Origin: Lingula anatina
Taxonomy: Eukaryota > Animalia > Brachiopoda
DNA: 64,000 nucleotides
Direction of reading: 5' to 3'
Assembly: GCA_051362555.1 (NCBI GenBank)
Contig: CM120647.1
Span: forward strand, 11,260,651 to 11,324,650
Each line of letters opens with the position of its first letter. Position 1 is the first letter of the stretch. Below are positions 25,475-44,758 of the stretch, one piece after another. A program made the position numbers and the translations under genes. The notes beneath the pieces were generated by a model that saw only the letters and a list, made by a program, of their open reading frames with translations, made no database searches and had not been told where the DNA came from.

Positions 25475-28400
25475 CAGAGCAAGAACAAAACATCATATTT
25501 ACGCCAAAATATTGATAATTATTACTGTAATTATTTTGACTTATCACAAATCATATCAAAATTGGGAATCTTAAAAATATGTACACTGTTTAGTTCTTTA
25601 TACCTCTTCGAATTGATTTCAATAACATTTTTGAGAAATTACTATTTAAGAAATAATAATGTGGTGTTATGCCGTCTTCTTATTGCTGTAAATATAAGGT
25701 AATTGATTTAAATTAAATTAAAGTTATTTTGCAGTCAGGAGTTTCCCCAGGATTTGGAGTACAGGGAGTCCAAAATGTTGATCTGTAATTTGGTCACCGA
25801 TTAACAGGGAGTCCAACTACAACTAAACCGTCCTCCCCCAAATAATTCTAGCCGTCCAGCAGTCTTTGAAAATATAAGCCGAATTTTGCTGCCAGAGGCC
25901 GTCCAGATGACGGCTGGACGGCTTTCTGGGAAAAGCCTTGTTTGAAGGGTGTGATTTTCATGAGGTTTCCATATCTCTTACAGTCCAAAGAGTCGGACCT
26001 TTTGCCAACGATGTAATACAGAAATATAACAGAGGAGAGTTCATCCCGCCGACAACTACTGCTACCACGGCGGCTACCACGGCGGGAAACTGACGTAAAC
26101 CAGAAAGAGAACACATATAAGAAACTTTGAAATAGATCAAAACTTGCTAAACGGAGAACTCGATGTATATTCATTGTGTTGTAGTTGACTATCCTGGACT
26201 GCTACTGTCATATAGAATAATAAAATACAGGATTTCATAGACCGCATTCAGATTCACACATCGTAGCTGGGTCGACCCAACTCTTCGGAGTGCGGAATCA
26301 GCATGATTGCCTGACACGCCTCCTCGAGCAATTAGGGGGGTACTTAACTATCCTGTGCTGATTAAGCCAATTTCACTGACTGCACATTAGTGGGAATCCC
26401 CCGAGGAGTTGGACCGACCCAGCTAGTTCGATGTGTAAATCTGAATGCGCCCATGGTGTAGGTTAGTGTGGTGTGGCATATATACGTACATGTAGCATAG
26501 CATAGAATAGAATAGCATAGCATTACTACATGTATTAGCATATAAATTATCCATATAAGAATATCCATATTTGCACAGTTCCGGTCAAAAACACATTATG
26601 TATGGTACATGTCGTGACTGTGAATGCTACATCCTGTGAGACAAAAAACACGCACTTGACACCCACGTGTTTACATCTTCATACCATCTGGGAGGAAAAT
26701 CGCCGTATACGACAGAAATAAACAAGCGAGTGATATCTGTAATCAGATAATTGCAATGGATAATGTGTCACAATGTGATATTTCAATAAAACAAGTGCAA
26801 AAGATAGATTTCTGAAAAAATAAATGAAAATAGGAGAACATCCAACGCCAATTAAGATGTTACAGCAGTTTTAGTGCCAGATGTTGGCCACCAATGAATG
26901 GAACCTACATATTACTAAAATGAATCTTAAGTACACTCGAAAATGTCAAACAATGCAAACAAGGGCTAGTTTATATTTCCCTTCAAGTAACATATGATAT
27001 ACAGACTTGACATTTAATATGGAATATTTCAGTTTTAAAGGTATACCTAGGTAGAAATGCGTTCTTTTTCATAAAACTCAGATCTCATATAAGACATCTG
27101 ATTGGAGAAGTGTGAAGTCAGGTGTGTCGCTGCCAATTAACTGACTACCAAGTCTGTTGCTCTGTTGCCTTGTGTAATATGCAGTGATTTAATTGGGTAG
27201 TGCTCCTTTGGGCTGGTCAAAGCTTGGCTTTGGCGAAGCATGGTTCTGTCAAAAAAGTATCCATATATCGGCAACTACTGCATAGAAGAATTTGAAATTT
27301 TGTATGCAAGCGGTCGGTTTTGCAGTGCGTAAAATGAAATAAGCAGTGTTTTACAAAATTGTTAAGCTGTGCCAGAATGGTGCGAAAAGCACAGACATTG
27401 CCAGACAGATTATTGTGTCAAACGGAATGGTCTATACAGTTTTATAGAGTAATGCCCAGACTGATGTACCTACACAGAGACCACGCCCAATGCATTGACG
27501 TCTTACCACCAGGGTACAGAACTCGCTGTCCTTCAGGATATGCTGCTGCAATTAAACCAAAACCACACAGTCCGTTTTGAATGAGGGGCAAATTGTCACC
27601 AAAACGCGTTTTTCAAGGCTCTTAGCGAACACCCAAACTGGTTTCAGCAGGTTAAGATACCAGATGACCTCTGAGGAAGCCACTGTAAGCAGCACAGCAG
27701 CGTAGTCTGTTTCTCTAATGAATTGGGGACCATTACCGTTTCTGGGTAGAACACTGAAACCGCGTGGCTTTCTTTATTGGGATCAAACTTCACCTGTACC
27801 GCTAAACTGGTCAAAACAGAGTTTACAGACATCCTGAAGAGGCCTACGACGAAACGTGTGCCACTTTTTAAGTGACCAGGGTCATTGACAGTGTCAGTAT
27901 TTGGAGTGGATACCACATTGGTGCCAAAACACCAATGGTAGTCATCGATGAGAACCTGAACCAGATGAAATAAAGGAATAATCTGGGAACCACTTGACTA
28001 TCATTTGATAGAGGGCATCTTAGGAACAATTTTAGGTTGCACGATGAGATTGCCGGTTCACACAGAGCACTTTTAATAGCAGATAACTTACAGAACCAAG
28101 GGAATGAGTAGCTACCTTGGTCATCAAAATCGCCATAATTGAACCACATAGACAATATGTCGGTAGGTCATTACTCGCCGTATCAACGGCCTGCATGTCC
28201 TACAAAAAAACTGAGCCAAATTGGACAAGTTTTAACCGTTGCCTGGAATTTTATTTCAGATTAAACTCTAAAAACCTATCATAAGGAATACCTTGCGACT
28301 TGAAACCTCTGGTGGCAGCAAGATGAGGTCAAGCGTAACAGCGACTGTTGCTGTTACTAGACAATAACATGGGGGGCCTTTGTGGGACGTGTAACTCTTT

Positions 28401-31100
28401 TAAAGGCAATGATTAGGAAAATATGGAGATCCAATATATCGCTTTCAATGGTTGTCGGATGACTTAAAATAGGCAATGTATTTTTTTATGCTTCACTGGC
28501 GAATTCAGTTAATGAACTGATGTCACACTGACATCGAATAGATTATCAAAAGTTATTAAAACACGATTTTAATCCTTATTTTCATTTTTCAGCCAGCAAA
28601 ATAGGAAAAAAACTGATGAATTATGATTTGGAAAAAATATTCCATATTAAATGTCAAGTCTGTAGCTTGTTGATATAGCTTGTTGGTAAATAAGCAAGAA
28701 TGAACCGGCCCGCTGAATGTAAAATCTTCATATGCTGTTTGTTGCAGAAATATAAAATCATTTTCAAAATTTGACTTCGTGAAGTGGTAATGGGTTCTGA
28801 AATCAGTGATTGTAAAATCTCCATTCGCTGTTTGTGCCAGGTAATTAAATGACGAAAAGATAGTCGATCTCATTCAGTGGCTATGAAGACTGAAATCAGT
28901 GTTTTTGTGTCGTAGTCACTTCACTTCACTTGATCAGCATACTGGCATTTCGTTATCTCCAGTTTATTTTTATTTACCAAGGCCCGTTGTTATAATTTCT
29001 CCATAAATACAACTTAATATCATACCGGTAATTACAAGAAATAGTCATCGCCAGTCTCATTTTATTTTCTACGTGGAGCAAAACTTCATGATTGCATGTA
29101 AAAGAAAAAGTAAGCAAAATATTGCCAGTTTCCCTTACAGCAGTAGCCTACATTCTTTGTCTTTAAGTTAAACCCAACTTTTGACAAAAACCAAAGCCCG
29201 AAAACTGGTCCAAGCTTTTGCATACAAATTAAATTTGGTCGCCCACTGCTCAAGATACCAGTTGATCCACAAAAGTCCACTAAAATGAAATTAATATTGG
29301 TTTGAAACTTAATCCGCACCCTTATTCGGGGGCGGATCCAGGATTATTTGAAGGGGGGGGATCCGCGGATGAGAAGCCGACCTTCCCTTTGGCGTGGGTT
29401 CGGGGCCCGCCGAAAGGACCAGAAAATTTTGGTGTTTTAGAGGGCCATTTGGTACGGTTAAGAACTATGCTAGTCAACATTTTAATTTCAAGAAGGGACC
29501 ATTGGTGTGAATGTTTTCAGAAATCGAAGGGGGGGGGGGTCAGGACCTCCCCTGACAGCCTCTCCTAAAGCCGCCACTGCTTTTTCTTATATACCAGGTA
29601 AAATATGTCATGATATGGTGAACTACTACTGATTCCTTCGAAGTCCAAAAACCTTAAAATTTTGGTCTAAAATAATAAACCAACTTGGTGCTAAAGTTCT
29701 TTGGGGAAGGAGACCCTTTCAGCCGAGGGACCTTGGAGTGACCTTGAAGGATCGGTACCGAAATGTGGCCTACTTTATGTGAAGAACCTTGGATCGAGTC
29801 ACATAATGAACAGTTGTCTCGGGGTGAAGTGGGATAGGAGTATATGTACTCTCTTCTACAGGCTGATGTTTGCTAGTACTTAATGATAGTAATCTGGACT
29901 CTTTCAAGAATGTGTGTATATTTAAAAGACATTTTATATTCAAGTTAGTCAATGTGGTTGATTTATGGAAATATATACACAGCAGAAAAATTTTCTTCTT
30001 TTCAACCTTTAAAAAAAAAGTTTTGCATCCTATTCACCCCTTTTTTCAATACCCCGGTCACAGGTTTCCCAAACGTGGTATCCTTGTCCAGTAGGGTGTC
30101 TGTCACAAGTTCCTGGCAAGCCCCTCGCACGTGGTAATGACAGCCTATATAAACTCAGAGCCGCTAGCCAATCAAATTGCAGATAAGGGTGTCATTTGTT
30201 TCCTTTTGGCCAATCGAAATTTAGCTACCATGGCAACAGGTAAAATCTACTCACCATAATAGACATAAAATGTCCTGTCACAGCACTTACCGTCACACCA
30301 GCGGTAAACTCGGAAGTGTCCTGTTCAAGACCCCAAGATGCAACACCTTGTGCCGTTCTTCGTCCTTGGTCTAGCAGCATGTGCTCTCATTGGTAGGACT
30401 TTAATCAATGTTTTATGCGTAAAGCTATCGGGCGTTTCCTTAGGTTAGATTTAAGGTGTTCAGAAAAAAAAAAAAAAACAATCAGTATGTCCTATGTGGA
30501 GTATGGCAGTTGTTTGTTGTCGTTATGTATCAAAACAAAGTATTTCAAAATTTCATTCACTGATGCCTTCTTTGAGAAAGCAATAATCGCTGTCTATATT
30601 CGTTTTAGTATCTGGGGCGACTGTGAAGAGTGGATGGTACGAACTGAAAGACGCCCAGCCCATCCAACATATGAAGAAAAAGGATGACCAACAAATCACG
30701 CAGAACGCGCACTCTGACAACAACGCTGACCACAACGCTGACATTAGCTCGGACAGTAAAGCTGACATTAGCTCGGACAGTAAGGCTGATATAAGCTCGG
30801 ACAGTAAGGCTGATATAAGCTCGGACAGTAAGGCTGATATAAGCTCGGACAATAAGGCTGATATAAGCTCGGACAGTAAGGCTGATATAAGCTCGGACAG
30901 TAAGGCTGATATAAGCTCGGACAGTAAAGCTGACATAAGCTCGGACAGTAAAGCTGACATCAGCTCGGACATTAGCTCGGGCAGTAAAGCTGACATCAGC
31001 TCGGACCAAATCGATCACAGCCAGTCTTCCAAGGATATGGACCACGACATAGACCAGGAAGATGAGAGAGCGGAGTCAATTATCGATAGTAAGTGAGGAA

Positions 31101-31144
<44 letters not shown>

Positions 31145-34100
31145 AAACATCTCCGTCCAATTTTACGTTAAAAGAAAACTCCAGTCTTGGATTTCCAGCT
31201 TGGTTTGGCGATTTTGGTCCACCGTGAATTGAATCTCTGATTCCGTCTTTGTGCTTCACGTATTCAAATATAGTAAAGATGATCTAATTATTTTAATTTT
31301 TATTGTAGTCGTCTAACATGAGTGCACCTAGCCAATTATGTTTTTAAAACTGTTTTTAATTAGAAGTACATAACTTCGTGATGAACTCATTTAAAGACAA
31401 ATAATACCTATTGGCAATTTTACATATGAAAACCATGAAGTAATGCAGTAAAAAATCTAATTCATCTCGACGCTGCTGCCGCATGTCCCCCAATTTGTTT
31501 TGAATTGCGCGCACCCAGGAAGTCGGTGCTTGAAGTGAATTTGAAAAATCCACGCCATACCTTGGGTTACGAACTTATAAATTTTCACAGCTTATTAGTC
31601 ACGGCGTTTGGCTGCATATTGGTATGCTTGGCACCTTTAAACAATGGTCATATGGAGCATTTTCATCTCAAAGTTTTTTTACATAATTAAATTAAATGTG
31701 TACTTCATCCAAGACCCATTTTTACTATCAATATTGGTCCAACTTTTCATTTATTTCTTTGTCAAGTGATACTTGTGAATCCTAACAACTTCGATATAAT
31801 ATAATTTTATCATTGTTATTTCGAAATATCAGTAGCAGCAAATATCTTTATTTATTTTATGTTATTTTGTAAATATTTTATTGTCTCAGTGTCAAATCTA
31901 AAAAAGTTTGCAGTCAATCTCGGCATATTACATTTTCTGGTATTTCTTACTGCATTACCTCAAACTGCCTTTGTGTCATTCCAGTCCGAAACTCACAGCA
32001 GATAGACGAACCAGAAGAACTCGCAGCTGAGGGACCGCTCTTAAAGGCAGGTGTAAGATTTGTGACGTCAACTGTAAAGACGAATGGTCCAAAGGAACTT
32101 AAAGTCTATTCAGCGTCCACTTGTTCCGCCATGCGGGGAAAGGATGTCTCCGTAAGCGTTCTACTTATGAACAACCAGAACTGGAACCCGGATAACGGAG
32201 TGGTCTATTTCTACGTCACCAACAAAATGAGACCACATGAGGTACGTCATGTATTGGATGATGTCAGGGTTTCATTCAAATGGATGGGGTATCAAAAATA
32301 TTACTAATACATGATGTAAAGGAATCCCCGATAATTTTAAATGTTCCACTGTTTCAAAATGCTTAGACTTGCCATTTTTAATGAACTTAACGAAATGAAA
32401 AGCTTGAATCCTAGAAGGAATCTGTCATTTCAAACTGATTTAGCGTAATATTATGTATTTTAAGTATTTAACGTAAAATACGCATTTCAAAAAAGTAACA
32501 TTTTAGATTTAGAAGTTGACGCTTAATTACTTCTTTGCAAAACTCTTCCTTGAGCTTGGTAATGGATACGGATGATAAATATTTTAACATTCTTTAGAGA
32601 GTGACAGGACCCAAAGTTCTCTGCAGCAACACTCGACCGGGAAAACCCCCAAAGTACAAGTGTAAGATTAGGGGCTGGGACTCCAAGCGAGACTTGTACG
32701 TGTTTACGACCACTGGTGACGTCATGGCCGTCAGCTACTCCATCATTGTGGAGTTCAAAGAGCGCAAGAAACATTACGAGAAGGTGCATACATCTGAGAT
32801 CATTAAACTGCTGATCATTCTCATTGTTGTTATTATCACCAATTTTGTTAATGTTGTTGAAATGGTTAATTTTTCAATCTCATGTACATTTTTGAAAAGG
32901 GAGTCTTGCATGGTGCTTTTGATAAATTTTCGAAGTGTCGTGCAATGCCGAAGTTAGAAAACAATTTTATTGTCGTTATTTGTAAAGTAACTTTAACTCA
33001 ACATTTTTATCTTTATCATTAACTCCCCTATCTAGTTGAAATCGGTTTAAGCGATCAGTGATGTTCTTAAACGCTCGAATCTATCTACTACTGCCAATCC
33101 AAGAATCGTAAACACATGCAAGACTTACGATCAGAGATTAATTTTAATGATGAAATCTATTCTAACGGGAATGAAATTATATTTACTTGAAAACACGTAA
33201 CATACCATACGTGACGTTCAGGTGTAGACAGATTTTCAAAGTGGCGTTTATGTTGTAGCACGAGGACGAGAGAGGGTTAGTAGGCGACGAGTTCCGGCCG
33301 TTCACCATGCCAAGTGCTGCGCCGTATCGTCTAGTCCAAACCGTCTTCATCAAACAAACCGTCAAGATGCCCTACCAGACCAACGTCCTCATTAAAATGT
33401 GGTGGTGTCCAGGTGAACACATGAAAAAATACAAGTGAGTTTATTTCTCTCAAGTGACGTCATAGGGAGATGGCTTCCTGTCCGTGGCTGGACGGAGATC
33501 GGGGGACACCAAAGCATCGTATGAAATCAAAGAACTCGATAGGTGCGACAGGAATGGTGGTCCTTTGGAATGGAAGTCCGGGGTTACATATGATTCGTAC
33601 AGTTTAGTGTTAGTCGTAGTAATTGGCCGGGGGTTAGCATTTGGGACGAATGTCGCCTGTGTAAAATAGTGGGGAGCGGACTACCATTCTTGTGACACCG
33701 ACGTCTACAATCGTAACTTCGGCCACAAATTAAAACTTCTCGTGGTTAAAAAAGATTAAATTCCAAAGTTATTGCGTATCATTCTACATAAAATGGTATC
33801 AATATTGCTTATTCGAGTTTAAACATTAAATATTTCCATCTGAGAGGTGAAATATTTAGATTAAGATTGTTTCCGGTTTTTGCTTTTAATAATTTAATTG
33901 AAATGTCATTTTAGGATTCAGAGCACGGTGCTTGGTGTTGGACTGCAGAGCTCTTTCAACCAATACGTCTGTCACCGCCGTCCTTGCACTATTGACGGTA
34001 AGTGGGCACCAACTAGATAAGACGGGAATCACATAATTATTTATCATATATTCATTCAATCAATCAATTATTTATTTATTTATTTTTGGTTGGGGCTGCT

Positions 34101-34410
34101 AGTACTCCTGCAAATATATATTGGATTGGCAAAGACAAAAATTTTCGGTCTTAATACCCGAGACTAACTTTCCACTCACGTGGACTTCGGTCGGTGTGTA
34201 ATTATTTTTTTGTTTTTCTTAGGGCGCAACGTGATCGCCAGCAACCCCAACCAGCTGCCAATGAACATGTTGACTGTGAACGCGGGAGGCAAACATGAGG
34301 AGCTTGATAACATGTATGTCCTGATACGGTGTTGGGGCGGGGACTACGATCCCAAAGCCAAGGACTATACCGGAAAGTTTCAATATGGCGCTCTTCTACG
34401 ACGGGACTAA
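24342..34410 (+). CDS. Novel type II single-pass membrane protein (~516 aa) with Asp/Ser-rich repeat stalk and unknown C-terminal globular region
   Basis: Exons 24342-24377, 24944-25088, 30609-31088, 31985-32241, 32598-32783, 33259-33434, 33915-33997, 34223-34410. All are GT-AG with matching phases and join into 1551 nt with no internal stop. KKKKK precedes the TM segment IVAGVICGLVLLALVIVLILG. AATAAA at 34645 and 34931. Confidence 0.8.
25223..25398. mobile_element. Palindromic MITE; relative at ~42306-42471
   Basis: GGCTGCATTCAGAACAGCAGACTTAACTAGTCC / GGACTAGTTAGTCCGCTGTTCTGAATGCGGCC. Confidence 0.75.
26240..26452. mobile_element. Palindromic MITE
   Basis: CGCATTCAGATTCACACATCGTAGCTGGGTCG / CGACCCAGCTAGTTCGATGTGTAAATCTGAATGCG. 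Confidence 0.7.
27350..28330 (+). pseudogene. Decayed Tc1/mariner (Tc1-type DDE) transposase in intron 2 of the membrane-protein gene
   Basis: Manual translation gives VCFSNE (~27703, cf. VLFSDES), DSVSIWSG...KTPMVVIDENLN (from 27887), HDEIAGSHRA (cf. QDDNAxxH) and LPWSSKSP*LNHIDNM (cf. WPxxSPDLNPIEN), with several stops. A possible left TIR CAGTTCCGGTCAAAA is at 26576. Confidence 0.75.
30735..31006 (+). repeat. Coding 24-bp tandem repeat (ADISSDSK, about 11 units)
   Basis: GCTGAYATHAGCTCGGACAGTAAR units inside exon 30609-31088. Confidence 0.9.
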
Positions 34411-36076
34411 AAAAAGAGACCAAAGGACTAAACTAGGGCATATCAGATCTTACGTCTTTGTCACTTAATAGGATAAATGAAATTTCTGTTACGGACTACT
34501 TAGAACATATCTCGCAATGAAGGCATCTCCAAGTCATCAATTGTATCAAACTTGATCATACTCTTGAAAATTGTAGAATTGGATCCCTTGCCCGTAGACA
34601 TGGCGTATTTTGGCTATGTCGACTTAATATTTCAATAACCATGAAATAAAGGAAATCGAGATCCCGATTTGTGACATTTTGTATCATCTTGTATAATACG
34701 TTGTAACCATCTTTGCCAGTCGTAAAAACTTCATCAGTCCATAAGCATATACATCAGTTTCTCAAAGTTTGTTGAATGGATTCTCATCTTGAACTTCACG
34801 TCAAGCCAATTTCATTTTGCTTTCCATCGTTATAACTTTTGATTTAACGGTAAGCATTGCGTTGCATACGTTCATTTCTTAGGTAAGCTTGATGCGTGTT
34901 AATAGAATTGTCAGCGTCATCCTCTTGTTTAATAAAGTTGGGCCACATCAACCCGTGTATGCTATACTTTTGTTGCCATTCTTTCGCATCAGTCTACGAT
35001 CTCTACTAGCCACAATGTGGTCCGTGGCATGATCCACAACGCGGAATATAATAAATTTAATACTGAGAATGGCCTTGTTTTAGAACATTCTGTTTTAGAG
35101 AAGGGGTCTCTCAAAAGTTATGGTGATCGGGTGATCGATCTACGCCCCCAAAGTGTGGAATGACATACCAAATTTTATTAGAAAAGCAGAAGACTTTGAC
35201 AATTTTAAATCCCTTCTTAAGACCCCCATTTTTAAATCTGTCTATATCTCTTAGATTTTTTATAAAAATATTTTAATAAGATTGATTTTTAGTAGCGTCA
35301 ATTTTAAATGGTTTCCAATGAGTGTTTTAGATTTAAATATTGTAGTCATTTTAATGATTTCAGTTATATTATCCGTTATTGTAAGGCGCCATATAAGAAG
35401 CTTATTATTATTATGATATATACGAAGTTTATACAAAAGAATACAAAAAGAAAACGATTACACAATTTCCCCAGCCAGCTTCATGTAATGATTGGGAAGA
35501 TTGTGTTTTTCTAATTTTATTAATACCTATAGCTTATGAAGATCAATGGATCTAAAAACTTTCAGAAAATGTTTTTGATCCCCTACGCAATTGTCCTTAC
35601 ATAACGCGATCTGAATTGCGAAGCAATTGGAGTTGGTCACTCAATGTTTGTGATTGTTTCACACCACCTGATAATCAGTGAAAGTCTATGGTGAGAAATA
35701 CAGTGCAAATTAATCTATATGAAGACATCCGGTCAGGCTGGTGTCCAGTGAGATGACTAGTTAATCAATTACCATGGCAACTAGTAAATATACTGCACTT
35801 GTTGTATCTGATAAAGCTACGAATTGGGAACATTAAGAGACAGTGGTTTTGATGTGATTCTTCTGCAAAACTATGCCTTCCAGAATGTTTACTTTGTCGG
35901 TGCTTCAGATTTTGTCATCCAGATTTTGTACAACCTAGTTTCTACTTATGTCATCACTTTCATATTTGGCCTGTGCTTTAGTTTTAATCAGTATTTTTAA
36001 AATTGTCAAGCAAATTCATTTTCGCCAGTATTTTCAGAAGTTGATGATTCATTGATTCAGGGGCGTTTTCACGGTA

Positions 36077-36107
<31 letters not shown>

Positions 36108-38063
36108 GGGTGAGGGGGGCAGTTAGAAGTGCTGCTTGCTTAATCCAAGGATCCCCCATTTTCTCAAACACGTGCATACACACGAAAACCACTTGGATGT
36201 GTTTTGCGTGTGTACACATTGAACCGAGGACAATGTAACCTTCCTTCCAGAAATAGTTTGTTTGTGAACACGACAACGCCAGATAAAAAAACAACATACA
36301 ATTAGCTTTCAGTGCGCATGCGCATGTTGTATGCTTATAAAAGTAATAAGGTGGAGATCCATTGTGCACTTTACTTATTAGATCCTTCACCACCATAGCT
36401 TACGAATGCTCCTGACGAATGCCGCCTGAATGGTAGTAAAAGAACGCCGCATTAAGGAGAAAAAAGGTAGGACTGGCACAGAAATGCACGTGTTTACCTT
36501 TTATACAGTACATAAAATGTCAATTGTAGGATGAACAGCTATTCATAAAAGAATGGAATGATAACAAATTCAGGAAAATACGGATCTCCTCATAATTCGA
36601 AAATAATCCATATTTTTCATGTTATTATCATTAAATGTCGGAGGTGTGCGTTTTCGGAATGTTCTACATGTAGTATTGTGCGGTTTCTAGAGTTAACGTA
36701 TTAATAGGTAAAGACACATCATGTTTAGCTGTCATTTGTCACAACTGTCGTATTCAACATTGTCTTGATAACAATAGTACGGTTAAAACAGGTAACAGAC
36801 AATCTATAAATTGAGTAAATTGCAAGTGTTTTGCGGACCTAAAAGCATGATAGCGTCACTCCAGGATTTATTGGAAAACGGCTTTTCTGCAGCTTATACT
36901 CGACCCTTAATCATACAATTGCCACAACTTTATCTTAATAAATACCATGCAATGGTAATAGAACAGGCAGCTCGATTGAGGGAAAACATTCCGAATCTTG
37001 TTATAATAGCGTGTCACAACATTGGCGGATCTTCTTTTTTTACTGAGGAGGTGGGGAAGCACTTGGGTATTGCTTATGGAGTGAAGTGAGGGCAATATGT
37101 TACAGTTTAAGAGGAGAATGTTTTTTTTTTTTCAGACGGACAGAGCGATAGAAAATTGCTTGGCTAAGGGTAATGTTACCCTTCATTATCACCCAGATAC
37201 CATAAGTGAGTTTTTTCCTGCATCTACTTATTCAATAATGCATCTATCTTTGTGCTGATTTAAAACAATAAAATTCCTCGAAAATATAAAATAACGGCCC
37301 TCATATTTCTCGTTGGAATGTATAAGTATAGGCAACTCAAAGCGTTCATCGTCTAATTAACACCTTTCAATTTTGAGGTGAGATAACAATCAGTATATTT
37401 GGGGCGTAACTTCATCCCTGAACCATATTTTATCACGAAAATTGGCCGAGATGTCCATAAATTATGGGCTACAATCTCGTGCTGTCATTGTGGTTTAAAT
37501 ATTTTAGTTATGGAGTTATGAGCCCCTAATTACAGGATTTTTATTAAACAAAGGTATTATTTGCTTTATCAACGATAAAATCTAAACTAAGGCCTTAAAG
37601 AAAAATCGCTGGCAGTGTTTTGGATTACTAAATGGTGTCATTAAACCGGCGATGAAACGGTGATCGTGGGTGCTCAGGTAACAAGAAATTTGAGAAAGCG
37701 ATTTTTCAGTTTTTACCCTAAAATTGCGATTCTGTCGTTATCTGTAAGATGGCGTATGAGTGATAGTTAATGAATTTAGTCACTGAACACTGAGATTTAA
37801 TTATTACCCAAAAGATTGTATTTAAGGCGGTGAACAAGGAGTTTTGGGAGAAGGGTTACAATATCCTTAAGTAAAGTTTCGATTGTTGTATCATCTTGAT
37901 GGGAAGGGTACGAAAAAGAAGAGGAGACCTCCGAAGCTTTTGGTGAGGGGGGGGGGGGGGGGGGGGGAGGATGGCCCACCGTGTCTCCTATTGTATTAAC
38001 CTCTGCAAGAAGACACATTTTGGAACTGATCTTCTGTTTCAGATAATCTACAAACCAACTGTC

Positions 38064-43133
<5,070 letters not shown>

Positions 43134-43804
43134 CCTAGGTACAACTTTTCCAGACCTATAATATAACACATTTATCGACGTGGTGAACAAAAGTTGGAAC
43201 TCGGACTCCAGGTTTTGTTATCAGTGTATAGCCTACATACTTCGTCTTGATCAGAATCCAAAGGTTTTTCCACTTAATCTACATACATGCAGATAAATGA
43301 ATTCTGGACTTAAATATGGAATACTTTATTGATAAACACCTTCATATATAAGATAAGATACTATCATCATATCATAGACTTTATATCTAACTACATCTAA
43401 TAAAAAAATAAATAGCAGCACAATTATATATATAAACAATAAAAAAGAAAGTATGTTGAAAACTACCCAAGAAAATTACAGTGACTACAGTCTAATAAAA
43501 TTAGGCCTACAATAAGTCACGACACGATAACAAGGCACATTACCTATAGATACGTGTCTTTAGAGGCTAGAAGGGTTGCGTTTGCGTTTGACGGACGTAG
43601 TTGAAAAGATGAAATGTAAATATCAAAACACTTTAATCAATATTACTATTTTACACACGTATTTATTGTGACTGCCGTGAACAGATAATTAATGTAAACA
43701 ATTATACGCATGGCTGCTGCGTGTATAAACTCACAAAGTATAGAATTATATATTGTATATTTTAAATCAGCTATTTATCAACGCATTAATTTATATGAGT
43801 ATTA

Positions 43805-44350
43805 GAGCGCATTCTCAACGAATTAAGCCAGGCTTTACAAAGCCGGTGACCTAAAAATGGCGGACGTACATGAAAGAAAAACCGCCTAATCTTTTAATAG
43901 TCTCTCCGCCTCTCACACGCCTCCCCACACGTCGTCCCTGCGGGGTACAGTAATTAAATCTCGGCTCCGAACATTAATATTTCCGTGAATATCTCTGGTG
44001 ATATTATCTCCGTAGATAGTCGATTCATTGCTGCTCTACGGGCCAAATTATTCCTTTTTCGTCTCTGTTTTCAAAGATAATAGAACAGAAGAGCTTTTTT
44101 CCTTCGATCGCCTTCAGCCGCCATGCTTTCTTCACCACGAGTTTAACTGATGAGCATGCGCACTTAATATTTCTCAGGTAGCTTCCGCATGGCGAACGGA
44201 GACGCGATTTAATTACTGTACCCCGCAGGGACGACGTTTGGGGAGGCGGAGAGACTATTAAAAGATTAGGCGGTTTTTCTTTCATGTACGTCCGCCATTT
44301 TTAGGTCACCGGCTTTGTAAAGCCTGGCTTAATTCGTTGAGAATGCGCTC
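43805..44350. mobile_element. Young PIF/Harbinger-type MITE with ~160-bp TIRs and TTA TSD
   Basis: GAGCGCATTCTCAACGAATTAAGCC... is a near-perfect inverse of ...GGCTTAATTCGTTGAGAATGCGCTC, with TTA at 43802-43804 and 44351-44353. Confidence 0.85.
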
Positions 44351-44758
44351 TTAGCCTTTATTGGTTGTTCTGCTCACATTGAGGGGAAAGAGGCTTAAGT
44401 ATAACTTAATTATTTGTCATATTGTTTTCTGTTTTCTATCTTGGATTCCTCCTCCATCGTGACGTCCATCGCACTTTAAGCCTTGTAATCTAGACGGTTG
44501 TTCAGACATAACACGTATCTTTCACTTCCGATAAAGATAGTTTTAATAAAAGAAAAACTATGAAGGAGCGTGTCTCACTGCACTGGAGGTAGGTGAGACT
44601 ATTCATTTGCAACGTACAGCCTGTCTTTTTCCGTTCACGTTGTTAAGTGACAGAACGTCGAGGAAAATGGGGCACCTTTTAACAGAACTATTAACATTAC
44701 TATTTCAATTTAAACTATTGTTTTTCTTTTTATCAAGAGCTTATAAAATATGTGGGTA

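Noticed and set aside
27835-27860. CTGAAGA...GAAACGTG hammerhead-like string
   Set aside because: There is no proper stem II or stem I, the cleavage position is G, and it lies within the Tc1 coding relic.
30553-31045. Minus-strand Leu-rich repeat ORFs (SALLSELI)n
   Set aside because: Antisense shadows of the plus-strand coding repeat, which has valid splice sites.
36811-37089. 92-aa ORF upstream of the cyclase
   Set aside because: Non-ATG start and no recognisable motif. At most it overlaps a 5' UTR exon.
37971-38063. ORF-track start of the cyclase at 37971
   Set aside because: A strong acceptor at 38042 and the ATG at 38064 indicate that 37971-38042 is intronic.
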